Below, piece after piece: positions 1 through 12,198 of a stretch of 64,000 nt of DNA. The notes under the pieces were generated by a model. The model searched no databases, was not told where the DNA came from, and worked only from the letters and a program-made list of their open reading frames with translations. The DNA is taken from assembly GCF_000143415.4 (NCBI RefSeq), contig NW_003314310.1:347904-411903 (forward strand), written 5' to 3'. Made by a program: the position numbers and the translations under genes. This DNA comes from Selaginella moellendorffii. Its lineage: Eukaryota > Plantae > Lycopodiophyta. Numbering within the stretch: position 1 is the first letter of the stretch; each line of letters begins with the position of its first letter.

Positions 1-615
1 TCGGACTCCATCTCGGGTCCTTCTTGGACTCCATCTCGGATTCCATCTCGGGTCCATCTCGGACTCCATCTCAGACTCTGTCTCGGTCCACCTCGAACTC
101 CATCTCAGACTCCATCTCGGACTCCATCTTGGTCCATCTTGGACTCCATCTCAGACTCCATCTTGGACTCCGTCTCAGTCCATCTTGGACTCCATCTCGG
201 ACTCCGTCTTGGTCCATCTCGAACTCCATCTCGGACTCCGTCTCGGTCCACCTCGGACTCCGTCTCAGACTCCATCTCGGACTCCGTCTCGGTCCATCTT
301 GGACTCCGTCTTGGTCCATCTCGAACTCCATCTCGGACTCCATATCAGACTCCATCTCGTCCATCTTGGAGTTCATCTCGGACACTTCCACGTGTCATGT
401 GTTGGTCCTTTTTGGGTCCCTTTTTGGAGCCTTGCTTATTGGTTGCCTCGTGCTCACTCCTCGAGCACTTTGTTGGGAGTTCCACTCCCGCTCTCGACCT
501 TCCAAGTCGGAGCTTTTATTCCAAACGTGTTACGCTCGTTTGGCTTTCACTTCAACCACTACTACGTGGCACCCTTCTAGCTCCACTTTGGGGCCTAGGG
601 ATTTTGTGTCTCACA
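1..615 (-). mobile_element. Partial LTR of family A (runs off window start)
   Basis: Reverse complement of the start of LTR 4744-6484: (TCGGACTCCATC)n array ending ...TGTGTCTCACA at 615, the same end as the solo LTR at 40121. Confidence 0.9.
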
Positions 616-961
616 ATGTGGTATTAGAGCAAAATGGCATGGGTTTGATTTCTATTGATTAGTGGCTACATAAAAATATATAATATATCTTTGAGTAAGG
701 TAAATTCCTACCTCTAAAATTTGAAATCGTATGTATTGAGCATCCATGTGTATGTCTTTCCTCTTGTGGAGCATCCGNNNNNNNNNNNNNNNNNNNNNNN
801 NNNNNNNNNNNNNNNNNNNNNNNNNNNNNNNNNNNNNNNNNNNNNNNNNNNNNNNNNNNNNNNNNNNNNNNNNNNNNAATAAAATAACTACTAAGGGTTC
901 TCTCATCAATCAATTACTCTATTTTCAGTTGGCTTAAAAGAGAGAAATAATGTGTGTTACA
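616..961 (+). mobile_element. TRIM family B copy (PBS, internal region, part of 3' LTR), spanning an assembly gap
   Basis: TGGTATTAGAGC (PBS-like) at 619-630. 616-777 is homologous to the reverse complement of 23425-23585. 878-961 matches the B LTR and ends TGTGTTACA. Confidence 0.75.
778..877. other. Assembly gap (100 N)
   Basis: Run of n. Confidence 1.
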
Positions 962-1836
962 TGGGACCAAATAGAACTAATACATGGGGCATGATAGCAA
1001 AGGTGTTTAATAGATACAATAAGTTATCATTTGACAAATATTGAGAGATCAAACTCAATATTACGGGGGTTTCCAACATTAACAAATTCAACTCAACAAA
1101 ATGATTTTTTCTAACCAAGTCAAGTATGTTTGACTAATAGCACTTAAGAATTCTGTCTTTATGCTCATTTGGTCAAGTGCACATGCGAAGATCAGTTTCT
1201 AAACTAACTTAGGTGAAGATTAAAAATTAGTTTAACAATACTAACCTCTTGTTGTTATAATAGTAAGGAAAGAATATTCAAAAACATTCGTCAACATGTA
1301 ACTTTAATATTCGCAATCACATTTATGACAGTTCCCCCCCCCCGTCCTCCTAGAGAAGATCAACATCCTCATTGATGCACACTCTATTCTAAACACCGTC
1401 AAGGAAACAACTCTAGAAAATATTTATGGTGTTCACACTTTATAAAAAATGCATCAACTTAAATGAGTTAGGCTAATCTCTCTATGTAACATAAATACAC
1501 TACAACTTAGACACATTTCGATTGTCAATGACAATAAAATGACTAATAGAGTCAACCACTATAGCGCACTTTATCTCTCTCCCCTTAAGCCAACTGGAAA
1601 AAGGGCATTTGCTTGATGAGAGAGCCCTTAGTGGCTATTTTATCCCCATTTATCCCCTAAGGTTCTAAGGATCCATGGTGACAGTATATTCATATTAGTC
1701 AACCACTGTAATACACCTTATCTCTCTCCCTTTAAACTAACTGGAAAAAGGGCATTTGCTTGATGAGAGCCCTTAGTGGCTATTTTATCCCCATTTATCC
1801 CCCAAGGTTCCAAGAATCCACAATGACAGTATATAT

Positions 1837-1858
1837 GCTCTATTTCGTTAAAGTGGGA
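1837..1858 (+). repeat. Left terminal inverted repeat
   Basis: Exact reverse complement of 23173-23194. Confidence 0.92.
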
Positions 1859-2959
1859 TTTATTCAGTAAAATGGGACTAGGTACAAATTTTCAAGTATT
1901 TGAAAATGACGTGAAATTATATGTTTTTTGTCCAGGGGCTAGACATATCTAGGGCATGGTGACTAGCGCGGTGACTTTATGTCCAGACTGAGTCCATCTG
2001 GTTGTATAATAAATCTCATTGTCAAGGTGAACAAGCTGAATCTGAAGCTAAAGAAGAGCGATGGCATGCGCGCACACACTATTTGTTTGTTCATTGAGCG
2101 TGTGGTGAGCTTTCCAAGATGAACGTCATTCTTATTAGCCAGACATATCACTTAATGGTGAGAACATTTAGATATTATTCAATGTTATCTTTTTCTAACG
2201 AATCTAATTGTGAAGGTGTAGCAAGAGGCATTGCTAGTCTGGAGAAGTCATTTAACTCATTTGACCCTTAGTGTATTTTCATGAAACTAAATAACATTCA
2301 TATTATTAAGGAATTTCTCTAGTACCTTTTTTTTACGACATAGAGGCTTGCATTTCTTTCAAAGGTGATTTAGTAAAAGGCCTGAGGGCACATGCCATTC
2401 TATTTCTCAGACTGGTATTAAGATATACTAGTGCAAAGGGAAAAAGGTATTTGGTGATCAAGTAAATGGCATGAAGGCACACGCCATTATAAGCCTAAGC
2501 GCTAGTGGACACCTCCTTTTTGGTACTCTCAGCGGTACTATCATCCTTCTCCGGGTCAGTTGTTTTGCTTTGGATTGTTGTCTCTGACGTTACTGGGGCG
2601 TTCTCAATAGTTGTTAATGTTGCCGTTTGTTCAGAAAAATGATCACCTGGAGTATAGTACGGGGAGTTTGGAAGACTTATATATTCTACATCTTCACCTA
2701 TCTCCTTCTCCGTCTCCTTTTCTGCCTCACTTACAGATTTTGTGCTTGCCATGAGAACGCTCTTCACCCTAAAATATGGAGTTCGTTGTGTTATAAAAGG
2801 AAACCAACACATACGCTGCAAGGGAATGATGGTACATAAAGCATGTAAGCCCACAATATGGGTTTATGTGCCATTAATATGGGCCACACGCCATATTATT
2901 AGATTTATGCATGTGTGATTGGTAAATGCATATGTCACATCATCTCAGGCCACATGCCA

Positions 2960-4743
2960 TCACGCCTCCTCTGATTCAGATTCGGATTGTTCACCTTGAA
3001 ATAAAATATATTAGAAACTTAGTAAAGGAATATTAATGAATCTCACCTTGAACCCGGGTTATGAATGCTCTTGCTGCATCTCTTGCATGGTCTGGCAAGG
3101 TGATGGTGGCACTCTGCTTCCGCATCCAACCATGCACAACATTATCCACCGATATGCTCATGCTGGGATCCCTTGGATTCAGCACCCATCTCTTTTCTAG
3201 GCAATCCTTCGTATATCCGGAACTTGGCTTGAACCACTCCACAGTTACATTGAAGGAGTTAGTTTCCGCGTCCTCCTCTGCATCAGTGATGCAGCGCCCC
3301 ACCCATATCATTTCTTTTTTATTACTGGGTCTGACAAGCACGACCATTCCTTTGCAGACCTGTACTGGATTGAATGCTGAATCCGGCCTCTTGTTCCTCG
3401 GCCCACAATAGTGATCCTCAACATCGTTATCTGTCACTGCATTTCCAGAGGACATTGTTCCGCTACTATCTGGTGCTCTGGGTTCTGGCCAAAAGGACTC
3501 TTCCAATTCTTCATATACAACCGGCCCATTTTGGATAGCAGATATAATCTTCTCCCAGTATTCGAGCAAAGGCTTGCACCTCTGAAAATAGGATTCTCCA
3601 CTAAACACCAACCCCCTCTTCCAGAAGGCAATATGCTGTCTAATCCCGGCCACTATACTTTCCTGGTCTTTGAGTCCATCCGGGTGCATCGGCCGTGGGG
3701 AACCCTGAGGAATCATAGGTTCCCCAGTTATGGGATCTCTCTTGAAGAGTTCAATGCCGTCCACTGGCAGCCACACTGTGTCCCATTCTCTCATCTTGTA
3801 CCTCATCACTGGAGCACCGTCACACATGCTGAAATGAAACTGAAGAGGCTTGGAGTGGCCAATCAGCGTTTCGGATCCGTCCCTGATGTAGCCTCTTACA
3901 AACCCCTTAAAGTCTGGAACCTCTGTCAGAAGTGCAGCTTCAACAGTGCCTTTGATGCAATTTTGGAATTCATCGTAGAGTTGTGGGAGGGTGAGGACAT
4001 TGGATCGCCGGAGGGACTCTGCCAGGTGACTGAACATGGCATCGATGTCTTCATGAGTGTGCCCAACCATGAGAAAGCCAAGTGTAACCGTTTCAAATAT
4101 GCCTTTGGCAACAAGCATCGCCAAGTACGCGAAGACGTACATGTTTTTGTTCTCACTGCCAGCATTGTCTGTTTGGAGCAGAAGATGGGGTGGAAGGCCA
4201 CATCAGCCGCAAGAACTTCCTTGAGATTCTGCTTCGTTTGGATGAGGCTATGCATTCACCGGGCGACCAGCCTCGTCGGAATGGCATGAGGCCTCACGTG
4301 ATAACCCTACAATCTGACGGCCAACATATTCACTGGGATGGCATGGGGCCCCATGCGATACTGCAAGCCTTTGCTCCTCCTCCAGCTGAACCCTGTATGG
4401 GGTTCGATCGACAAGGGCCTTATGCAAGGGTTGGCCGTTCAGCTCAGTCTGCGCACTTTGCAGAGACCTTAAGTGTTTTGCTAGGGACGCAATCATCATG
4501 TTTGCACCCCCGCCACCCCATAGAGGTACAAAGAAGTTCCCATAGTTCTGGGCACCATGCCCATGAGCGATTATGCCAAACAGAGACATAGGCAGCTGCA
4601 TGGATGAAGAGATTGCCTTGGGGGTAGGATTGAGTCGAGGTAAGCACGTCTTTTTCTGGTCCATTTTGTCGTGGATGATGCAGAGGTAAGAGTCAGGTCT
4701 CTCCATGGAGAGAATCCTGTTATGATAATATGCAGTCCTGCAG
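2960..4743 (-). pseudogene. Sola1-like (DUF7869-type) DDD transposase, C-terminal catalytic part
   Basis: One frame joins ORFs 4248-4706 and 3033-4142 through two C>T-type stops. Motifs: IIHDKMDQKKTCLP, LPPHLLLQTDNAGSENKN, FLMVGHTHEDIDAMFS. A probable last intron 2995-3046 gives the C-terminus GEQSESESEEA*. Confidence 0.85.
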
Positions 4744-5325
4744 TGTGAGACACAGAATCCTTAGGCCCCAAAGTGGAGCCGGAAGGGTGCCACGTGGTAG
4801 TGGCCGAAGCGAAAGCCAAACGAGTGTAACACGTTTGGGCCAAAAGCTCCGCCTTGAAAGGTCGAGAGCGGGAGTGGAACTCCTAATGAAGGGCTCGAGG
4901 AACGAGCACGAAGCGAGCAAAAGGCGAGGCTCCAAAAAGGGACCCAAAAGGACCAACACATGACACGTGGGAGTGTCCGAGATGGACTCGAGTTGGAGTC
5001 CGAAGTGGAGTCCGAGATGGACCCGAGTTGGAGTCCGAAGTGGAGTCCAAGATGGACCCGAGATGGAGTCCGAGATGGAGTCCGAAGTGGAGTCCGAGGT
5101 GGACCCGAGATGGACCCGAGTTGGAGTCCGAAGTGGAGTCCGAGATGGAGTCCGAGATGGAGTCCGAGGTGGACCCAAGATGGACCCGAAATGGAGTCCG
5201 AGATGGAGTCCGAGATGGAGTCCGAGATGGAGTCCGAGATGGACCCGAGATGGACCCGAGATGGAGTCCGAGATGGAGTCCGAGATGGAGTCCGAGATGG
5301 AGTCCGAAGTCGAGACCGAGACCGG

Positions 5326-5357
<32 letters not shown>

Positions 5358-6484
5358 TCGGGACCGAGACCGAGACCGAGGCCGAGGCCGAGACCGAGCC
5401 CGAGCCCGAGCCCGAGTCCGAATCCGAGTCCGAGTCCGAGTCCAAGTCCGAGTCCAAGTCCGAGTCCGAGTCCGAGTCCGAAGCCTGAGAGGGTGAAAGC
5501 CCAAAGCGTTCGTCTCCCAGACCCTGGGGGGTTTGGTGAGCTCCAAAAGTATAGTAGGGGGAGGACTGCAGTGGAGCCAGTTTGGCCAGGAAAGGCCAGT
5601 TTGGCCCAGGAAGGCCGGACCCAGTGTTGGGTGATGAGCTGCCCACTGGGAAGTCCAAGACTAGAGTGAATACGGACCGACAAGCGGGGTAGCTTGGTGA
5701 AGTGTTCAAGAGCCGGCTCTAGTTCCCCCGGGAGATCGACTGGCCGATGCTCCCAGTCCAAGTGTGGGTGGCACTACCTACTTGGATACCTGGTGTGGCT
5801 CAACGGAACCCGCTCTAAGCCCATGGCTAGAGCACCCAAGGGCAGAAGGCAAGGAGAGTACCCAGGTGGCTCACGTAAGGCCACGGTGTTCCGAAATGTT
5901 GTCCCAAAAGGCCCAGACTGTGGAAAGGAAGAGGAGCAGTCCTCTGGGGTAGTGACCAAGGACACAGTCGTGTGGTGAGGAAGTCCCAGAGGACCGTGGG
6001 ACTTAGTGGTCGGGCCTGTGGGTCTCGATCCAGTGGCAGTGTTGGCAAACACGGCCAGGGGCAGAAAGGAACTTAGTGGGGACTGACAGAGGGATATTGG
6101 GGAAGGCTATTCCCCTTGTCGGTGGGCATCCTAAGGATGCTAAGGAGTGGATCTGAGATGACCACTCACGGAAGGTTTGCCTAGTCTTGGAGAGCCAAGA
6201 CGGTGATGCAAGTGGTATTGGACTACCAGTGTGGCAAAGGTGATTGGGCATGGCCTTAGCGTAACAGGCTGCTATGTCGGTGGTACCTTTGAGTGTCGGT
6301 CACGGGATCGGACACGTGGAGCACTGGGACCAAGTGCAAATGTTGAGTGGCATGGATGCCATTCTCGGGGCTAGCAAGTCCCAAGTCCTAGATTGGACTT
6401 ATGGAGGTTGCGAATGAGACTCTTCCAAGTGGTTAGAGGTGTGGTTAAGTGACTAAAGTAGAATGGGAAATTTAGTCGCTTACA
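4744..6484 (+). repeat. 5' LTR, family A (contains GATGGAGTCCGA, GACCGA and GTCCGA tandem arrays, ~4975-5481)
   Basis: Direct repeat of 10581-12193; followed by PBS. Confidence 0.93.
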
Positions 6485-9400
6485 ATTTGGTATCGGAGCT
6501 GTTCCTTAGTCCGACTTTTATTGGTGCTCAAGTATATCACCATTGATATTGGCATCGGAAGGTCCGAGGAGTGGGCCTATCCTTGAGGAGTAGCAAGTCG
6601 GGAAGACATAGCTCTCCATTACAGTTCATGTGTGAACTTGTAGACGAGGTGGTGGATAGAAAAGGGCCAATAATGGAACGACTTTGGGATCTTGGGAACA
6701 ATGCAAGGTTTTCCTCATTGAGTTGAGGATGTGATCCGGATGAGCATTTGTCTCGGCAAATTGGCTAAGGTTGTTGTGGTAAACAACTAAAGTTGGGATC
6801 ACGGGAAAGATAGAGACTCCAAAACAATAAAGGAGTCACAAGATTATCCTCATATAGTTGAGGTTGGTGCTCATGAATGTGAGACCAGAGGTAATGACCG
6901 TGGGAGGTCAAATACGGAAGAGGACTCAAGTCCTTGAAATGGTAGCCGGGGCTACCTTTAATAAATGCTGGAAAACCCAAGGAGTTGGGGGGTGTACTTA
7001 GAGATGAGTGGTATTCTCATCGCATGGACAAGTAGTCCTAAGGGGCAAAAGTTGCCCCCAGAGAACAAAATCAAGTGTCGGAGTAACACTTGTGAAAATA
7101 GTCCTTTTGAGTAGGACAGGAATGCCAGAAGTGTATTCCAGTGAGGTAGTGCCTCACAAGTAGGACCTTAAGGGTCTATGGATTAACCAAGTCCAAAACT
7201 GCTGATGACTCAAGTAGAGTCAAGGGATGGTCCTAAAAGGACTGATGGAAGCATTTGGACTGAGGTGTGTTGTACCCCACAAAGGATGGGGGGGGATTAT
7301 AGGATCTAAGGATGAGAACAGAGGGTATCTCATCAATGGCAAAATGTGCCATGCTAAAGTTATGGGAAAGGTGTTCTCAGAAGAAAACAACTTTGACACA
7401 AAGTTGTGTGTGACCTCTATGGTGCAGTGCTAACGGATGGTTGGCATGAGAAAGAGCGGTGTTGGTTTTGGCAAAGATATAAACATGAAGGGGAAGTGTC
7501 ATAGAGGTAGGCTCGTGGAGCCGATGGTGTGGAGACACCAAATGTGCCAAGGTGTGATACCTTGAGGCTATGTTGGTGGGTTCATGAGAACCCCTTGCCA
7601 AAGGAATCCCAATGGAAATGGGAATGGCATAGCCTAAGCTGCAGAGCATGCAGTTGGAGTGTGGTGACCCAGATAATGATGGAGGTGTGAAAGCACCAAG
7701 CAATGAGTTGTGGGACTTGACAACTATGAGGCAACTAAGCAAGAGGTGCTAAATAACTGGTTGAACGGGTAGAAGGTAGCTACCCAAGACTTCTTAATAG
7801 CATAGGGAAGTCGGATACACCCTTACGGGGGATAAGTTGCTTGTGTTGCGATATAGTAAGTCAATGTCATAAAAGGAAATACTCATTGTCAAGAAAGCCA
7901 TCATTGGGACACCCGAACACTCTAGAACACCAGAAGGTGGTGTTTGATGTCGCGAGGGCAATGGATAAAGCCCAAGGGACTAAGTCCCTAGCGAATGATG
8001 GATAAAAGGTGCTATCCAAATGTCCAAGGTTGCGGAGACAGGAGAGGACTGTCTACCCGAGTTGGACAAAGCCAAGAATGGAATTTTGGCAAGGCTAGTG
8101 ATGGGCATGTAAAGGCCCATAAGCAACAATGTAATCCCAGTGTGTGGGATTATAAGGTGAGCATACCCGGATTGAGGAACCACTCCCTAGGCTATTGAGT
8201 AGGTTCATCCCTAAGAATACTTGCTAAAGCATGATAGAAAGTGCAAAGCTATCCTCCTGGTCTGGAGGAGAATGACCAAAGGAAAGGTTTGAAGCCAAAA
8301 AGCAAAAAGTAAGGGGATAGAACCGAACCGTAGGAATAAAAAGGCATAACCAAGGTTGGTTATGCCAGCTGGGAGTGGAGAATCAAGTGGGGGCTCGAGG
8401 GTGTTGCCGCTAGCAACCGTGATGCCATGGAGAGTCTAAAATATAGAATTGTCCATGTTAGACTATGTGGCAATTAGAAAGCTTGCAAAAAGGGAGGCCT
8501 TAGCAAGCTAAGGGACAGAGTTCCTTCAAGGTTCCCAAAGACGATTCTAGGTAGCTTAGTACCTAGAAAGGCCAAGTGTAAATGGTTCAAGGAACGCGCG
8601 AAATCAGAGTGGCGCAGCAGAAGCGTGGTCTTGAAGCTTGCCATGAGGCGAGGCTGTCAAGGTTAGGGAAGTAGTTCCCGAGTGTTCAAAGAGAGGGCTT
8701 TGAACGAAAGTCGATGACCAAGGACTTTCACGCTTATGCAGGAACCATGTTACAGTGGTCGGAGGACTTGCCAAGCGAGACTGGCAAGTCGGGGGAACAA
8801 ATACCCTAGTTGAAGGTGATAACTTCAAAAAGGGTGGGCCATGGGGCCAAGCATGGAGGAGTCCATGCATGATCACAGACTTGTCAAGTGAGAGGACTTG
8901 GCAGTGTGGAGGAACTAGGTTCCTAAGTTGTGATCTGTAGCGCGCTTTAAACATAAGTTGGTGCACCGGCGTGATGAGTCACGCCAGGCATCCTGGGTGA
9001 TGCCGTCCGTAGATGCATATACGGAGGTTGGGTTCGAGTCCCGACCCTCTAGTGCTTGGGTTCGAGTCCCAAATCACTAGGGCGTGGTGATGGTTTGGAA
9101 TATGAGGACACTCATATTTCGGTGGTCATGGACTCTCAGTGGGGAGACTGGTTTGGGCACACCGCCAAGCGAGGGATGCCTCGGAGTCGTGATGCACGGT
9201 TAGATTGCTTAGTGTGAAAGCTTAGCATATCTAACTTGAACGCTTTGGTGCAAGTGGCACCAAGGTCGTGGTGAGTGAGATGGGGACACCTAATCTCAAT
9301 TGTTATGAACCCTTGGCCGTAAAGGCTGGCTTGGGTGCACCGCCAAGTGTGGGGGATGCCCCCGGGGTTATAGTCAACAACTTGGAGGTCTAGAAGACCA

Positions 9401-10580
9401 AGTACCTATTGGCAACTCTGTTAAGGTGCCAAGGTGAAATCACTAGGTGATCTTATGGTCAGATAAGGATAAGGTCCTTGGTTGGCTAAGGAATGAAGTT
9501 CCTGGTTCAAAATGTTGAAATTGAACTGTTTAAGGTGGTGTGGCTTGGTCGTGATGACCAAGTGGGAAGAGCACCTAAGGGAAATAAACTATGTCCGTGC
9601 GATGGCATAGTGAGTCCGAGGAAAGTAGTCTCTATAAAAGACCCATGGGAGGGTCACAAAGTTGGGCCGTGGATAGAGCCCATAGCAGAAGATGCTAAAG
9701 AGACGTACTAGGGGTGAACACCCTCCGGACTTGGCAAAGAAGAGTCTTTGCTATGGAACCGAAACAATACCTCAAGAAGGGAGGTAGAGATTCGATGTTG
9801 CTTGGTGCAACAATCAACGGATAGGAGCAAAAGATGAGTGGCCAAGATAGGGCCGTGGAATCCCTTGGAAGGAATCCAAGTGACAAAGTTAGGCGAGGAA
9901 CACTAATGTGTTAGACGCTAACAAGTTGCGGGAAAGGAAGTGTGTTTCCAATGAGGGATTCCGAAATGCTCCGATTTGGCGATAGTGGAAGCTCCAAGGG
10001 AGGGAGCGGTAAGGTAGCCAAATGATAGGGCCATGAACAGCCCTAGCACAAAGTATGATAACTGAAACTTTGGCACGAAATAGAAGAGAGGATGATGGTG
10101 CCCTCGAGTAGAGAACTTCCTAGGATGGGAAGTGGAGTTGCACAAAAAGGTGCAAGGCAAGGTGTCGGAGACACCTAGGAAATTGACTCCAAGAAGTCAA
10201 AATTCAAAGTTCCAAAGTGCAAAGGTTATATCGATGGAAATCGAGACTACTCGAGAAGGAGTAGTGGGATTGACTTAGAGAAGGGTCTCTAAGAGATTTA
10301 GCGAGAACTAAACCAATAAAAGGAGAGAACCACTACATGTGGTCCAATCAGTCTCTAAGTTGGAGAGACTACCCTCCTTAGAGGATAGGCAAGGCATGGT
10401 GAGCCTTTGGTGTCAAACCATTGAGGAATATGGAGAAGGCATGGTGAGCCTTCAATGTCAAACCATTGACAAATATTGGCTAGGTGCCAAGGATGGAAAT
10501 GGTAACACATGCGAGTGTTACTTTACAAAATGGTTTACCGTTCGATGAGGACATTGAACTTCGTCTATGGATGGTGGAGT

Positions 10581-11034
10581 TGTGAGACATAGAATCCCTA
10601 GGCCCCAAAGTGGAGCCGGAAGGGTGCCACGTGGTAGTGGCCGAAGCAAAAGCCAAACGAGTGTAACACGTTTGGGCCAAAAGCTCTGCCTTGAAAGGTC
10701 GAGAGCGGGAGTGGAACTCCTAACGAAGGGCTCGAGGAACGAGCATGAAGCGAGCAAAAGGCGAGGCTCCAAAAAGGGACCCAAAAGGACCAACACATGA
10801 CACGTGGGAGTGTCCGAGATGGACTCGAGTTGGAGTCCGAAGTGGAGTCCGAGATGGACCTGAGTTGGAGTCCGAAGTGGAGTCCAAGATGGACCCGAGA
10901 TGGAGTCCGAGATGGAGTCCGTAGTGGAGTCCGAGGTGGACCCGAGATGGACCCGAGTTGGAGTCCGAAGTGGAGTCCGAGATGGAGTCCGAGATGGAGT
11001 CCGAGATGGAGTCCGAAGTCGAGACCGAGACTGG

Positions 11035-11066
<32 letters not shown>

Positions 11067-12193
11067 TCGGGACCGAGACCGAGACCGAGGCCGAGGCCGA
11101 GACCGAGCCCGAGCCCGAGTCCGAGTCCGAATCCGAATCCGAGTCCGAGTCCGAGTCCGAGTCCAAGTCCGAGTCCGAGTCCGAGTCCGAAGCCTGAGAG
11201 GGTGAAAGCCCAAAGCGTTCGTCTCCCAGACCCTGGGGGGTTTGGTGAGCTCCAAAAGTATAGTAGGGGGAGGACTGCAGTGGAGCCAGTTTGGCCAGGA
11301 AAGGCCAGTTTGGCCCAGGAAGGCCGGACCCAGTGTTGGGTGATGAGCTGCCCACTGGGAAGTCCAAGACTAGAGTGAATACGGACCGACAAGCGGGGTA
11401 GCTTGGTGAAGTGTTCAAGAGCCGGCTCTAGTTCCCCCGGGAGATCGACTGGCCGATGCTCCCAGTCCAAGTGTGGGTGGCACTACCTACTTGGATACCT
11501 GGTGTGGCTCAACGGAACCCGCTCTAAGCCCATGGCTAGAGCACCCAAGGGCAGAAGGCGAGGAGAGTACCCAGGTGGCTCGCGTAAGGCCACGGTGTTC
11601 CGAAATGTTGTCCCGAAAGGCCCAGACTGTGGAAAGGAAGAGGAGCAGTCCTCTGGGGTAGTGACCAAGGACACAGTCGTGTGGTGAGGAAGTCCCAGAG
11701 GACCGTGGGACTTAGTGGTCGGGCCTGTGGGTCTCGATCCAGTGGCAGTGTTGGCAAACACGGCCAGGGGCAGAAAGGAACTTAGTGGGGACTGACAGAG
11801 GGATATTGGGGAAGGCTATTCCCCTTGTCGGTGGGCATCCTAAGGATGCTAAGGAGTGGATCTGAGATGACCACTCACGGAAGGTTTGCCTAGTCTTGGA
11901 GAGCCAAGACGGTGATGTAAGTGGTATTGGACTACCAGTGTGGCAAAGGTGATTGGGCATGGCCTTAGCGTAACAGGCTGCTATGTCGGTGGTACCTTTG
12001 AGTGTCGGTCACGGGATCGGACACGTGGAGCATTGGGACCAAGTGCAAATGTTGAGTGGCATGGATGCCATTCTCGGGGCTAGCAAGTCCCAAGTCCTAG
12101 ATTGGACTTATGGAGGTTGCGAATGAGACTCTTCCAAGTGGTTAGAGGTGTGGTTAAGTGACTAAAGTAGAATGGAAAATTTAGTCGCTTACA
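10581..12193 (+). repeat. 3' LTR, family A
   Basis: Direct repeat of 4744-6484; preceded by PPT. Confidence 0.93.
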
Positions 12194-12198
12194 TGCAG

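Larger units (their letters stand above)
4744..12193 (+). mobile_element. Non-autonomous LTR retrotransposon (LARD) family A inserted in the transposase
   Basis: TG..CA LTRs 4744-6484 and 10581-12193, near-identical apart from tandem-array length; PBS TGGTATCGGAGC 6488-6499; PPT ~10569-10580; TSD TGCAG at 4739-4743 and 12194-12198; 4.1-kb interior without long ORFs. Confidence 0.93.

Noticed and set aside
2495-2854. 119-aa acidic ORF downstream of the transposase
   Set aside because: No ATG start or recognisable domain; could be an exon but is unsupported.
5484-5512. Hammerhead-like CTGAGA-GGGTGAAAGCCC-AAA (retrozyme idea)
   Set aside because: Lacks N7 and G12 of the core; CTGA is not conserved in E or C; stems I and III not found.
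5625-5660. 5S rRNA-like TGGGAAGTCC (Cassandra idea)
   Set aside because: Only ~10 nt match, with no A-box or extended similarity.
4720-5761. Long overlapping low-complexity ORFs (also 24-662, 10518-11470, 38976-40124, 43509-44051)
   Set aside because: Artefacts of 6/12-bp tandem arrays within LTRs; open in all frames.
9026-9075. tRNA genes or SINE at the GGTTCGAGTCC sites
   Set aside because: No A-box, D arm, anticodon arm or acceptor stem; reported as hairpins only.
6500-10540. gag/pol remnants in the LARD A interior (likewise family C interior)
   Set aside because: No recognisable motifs in any frame by eye; a translated HMM search would be needed.
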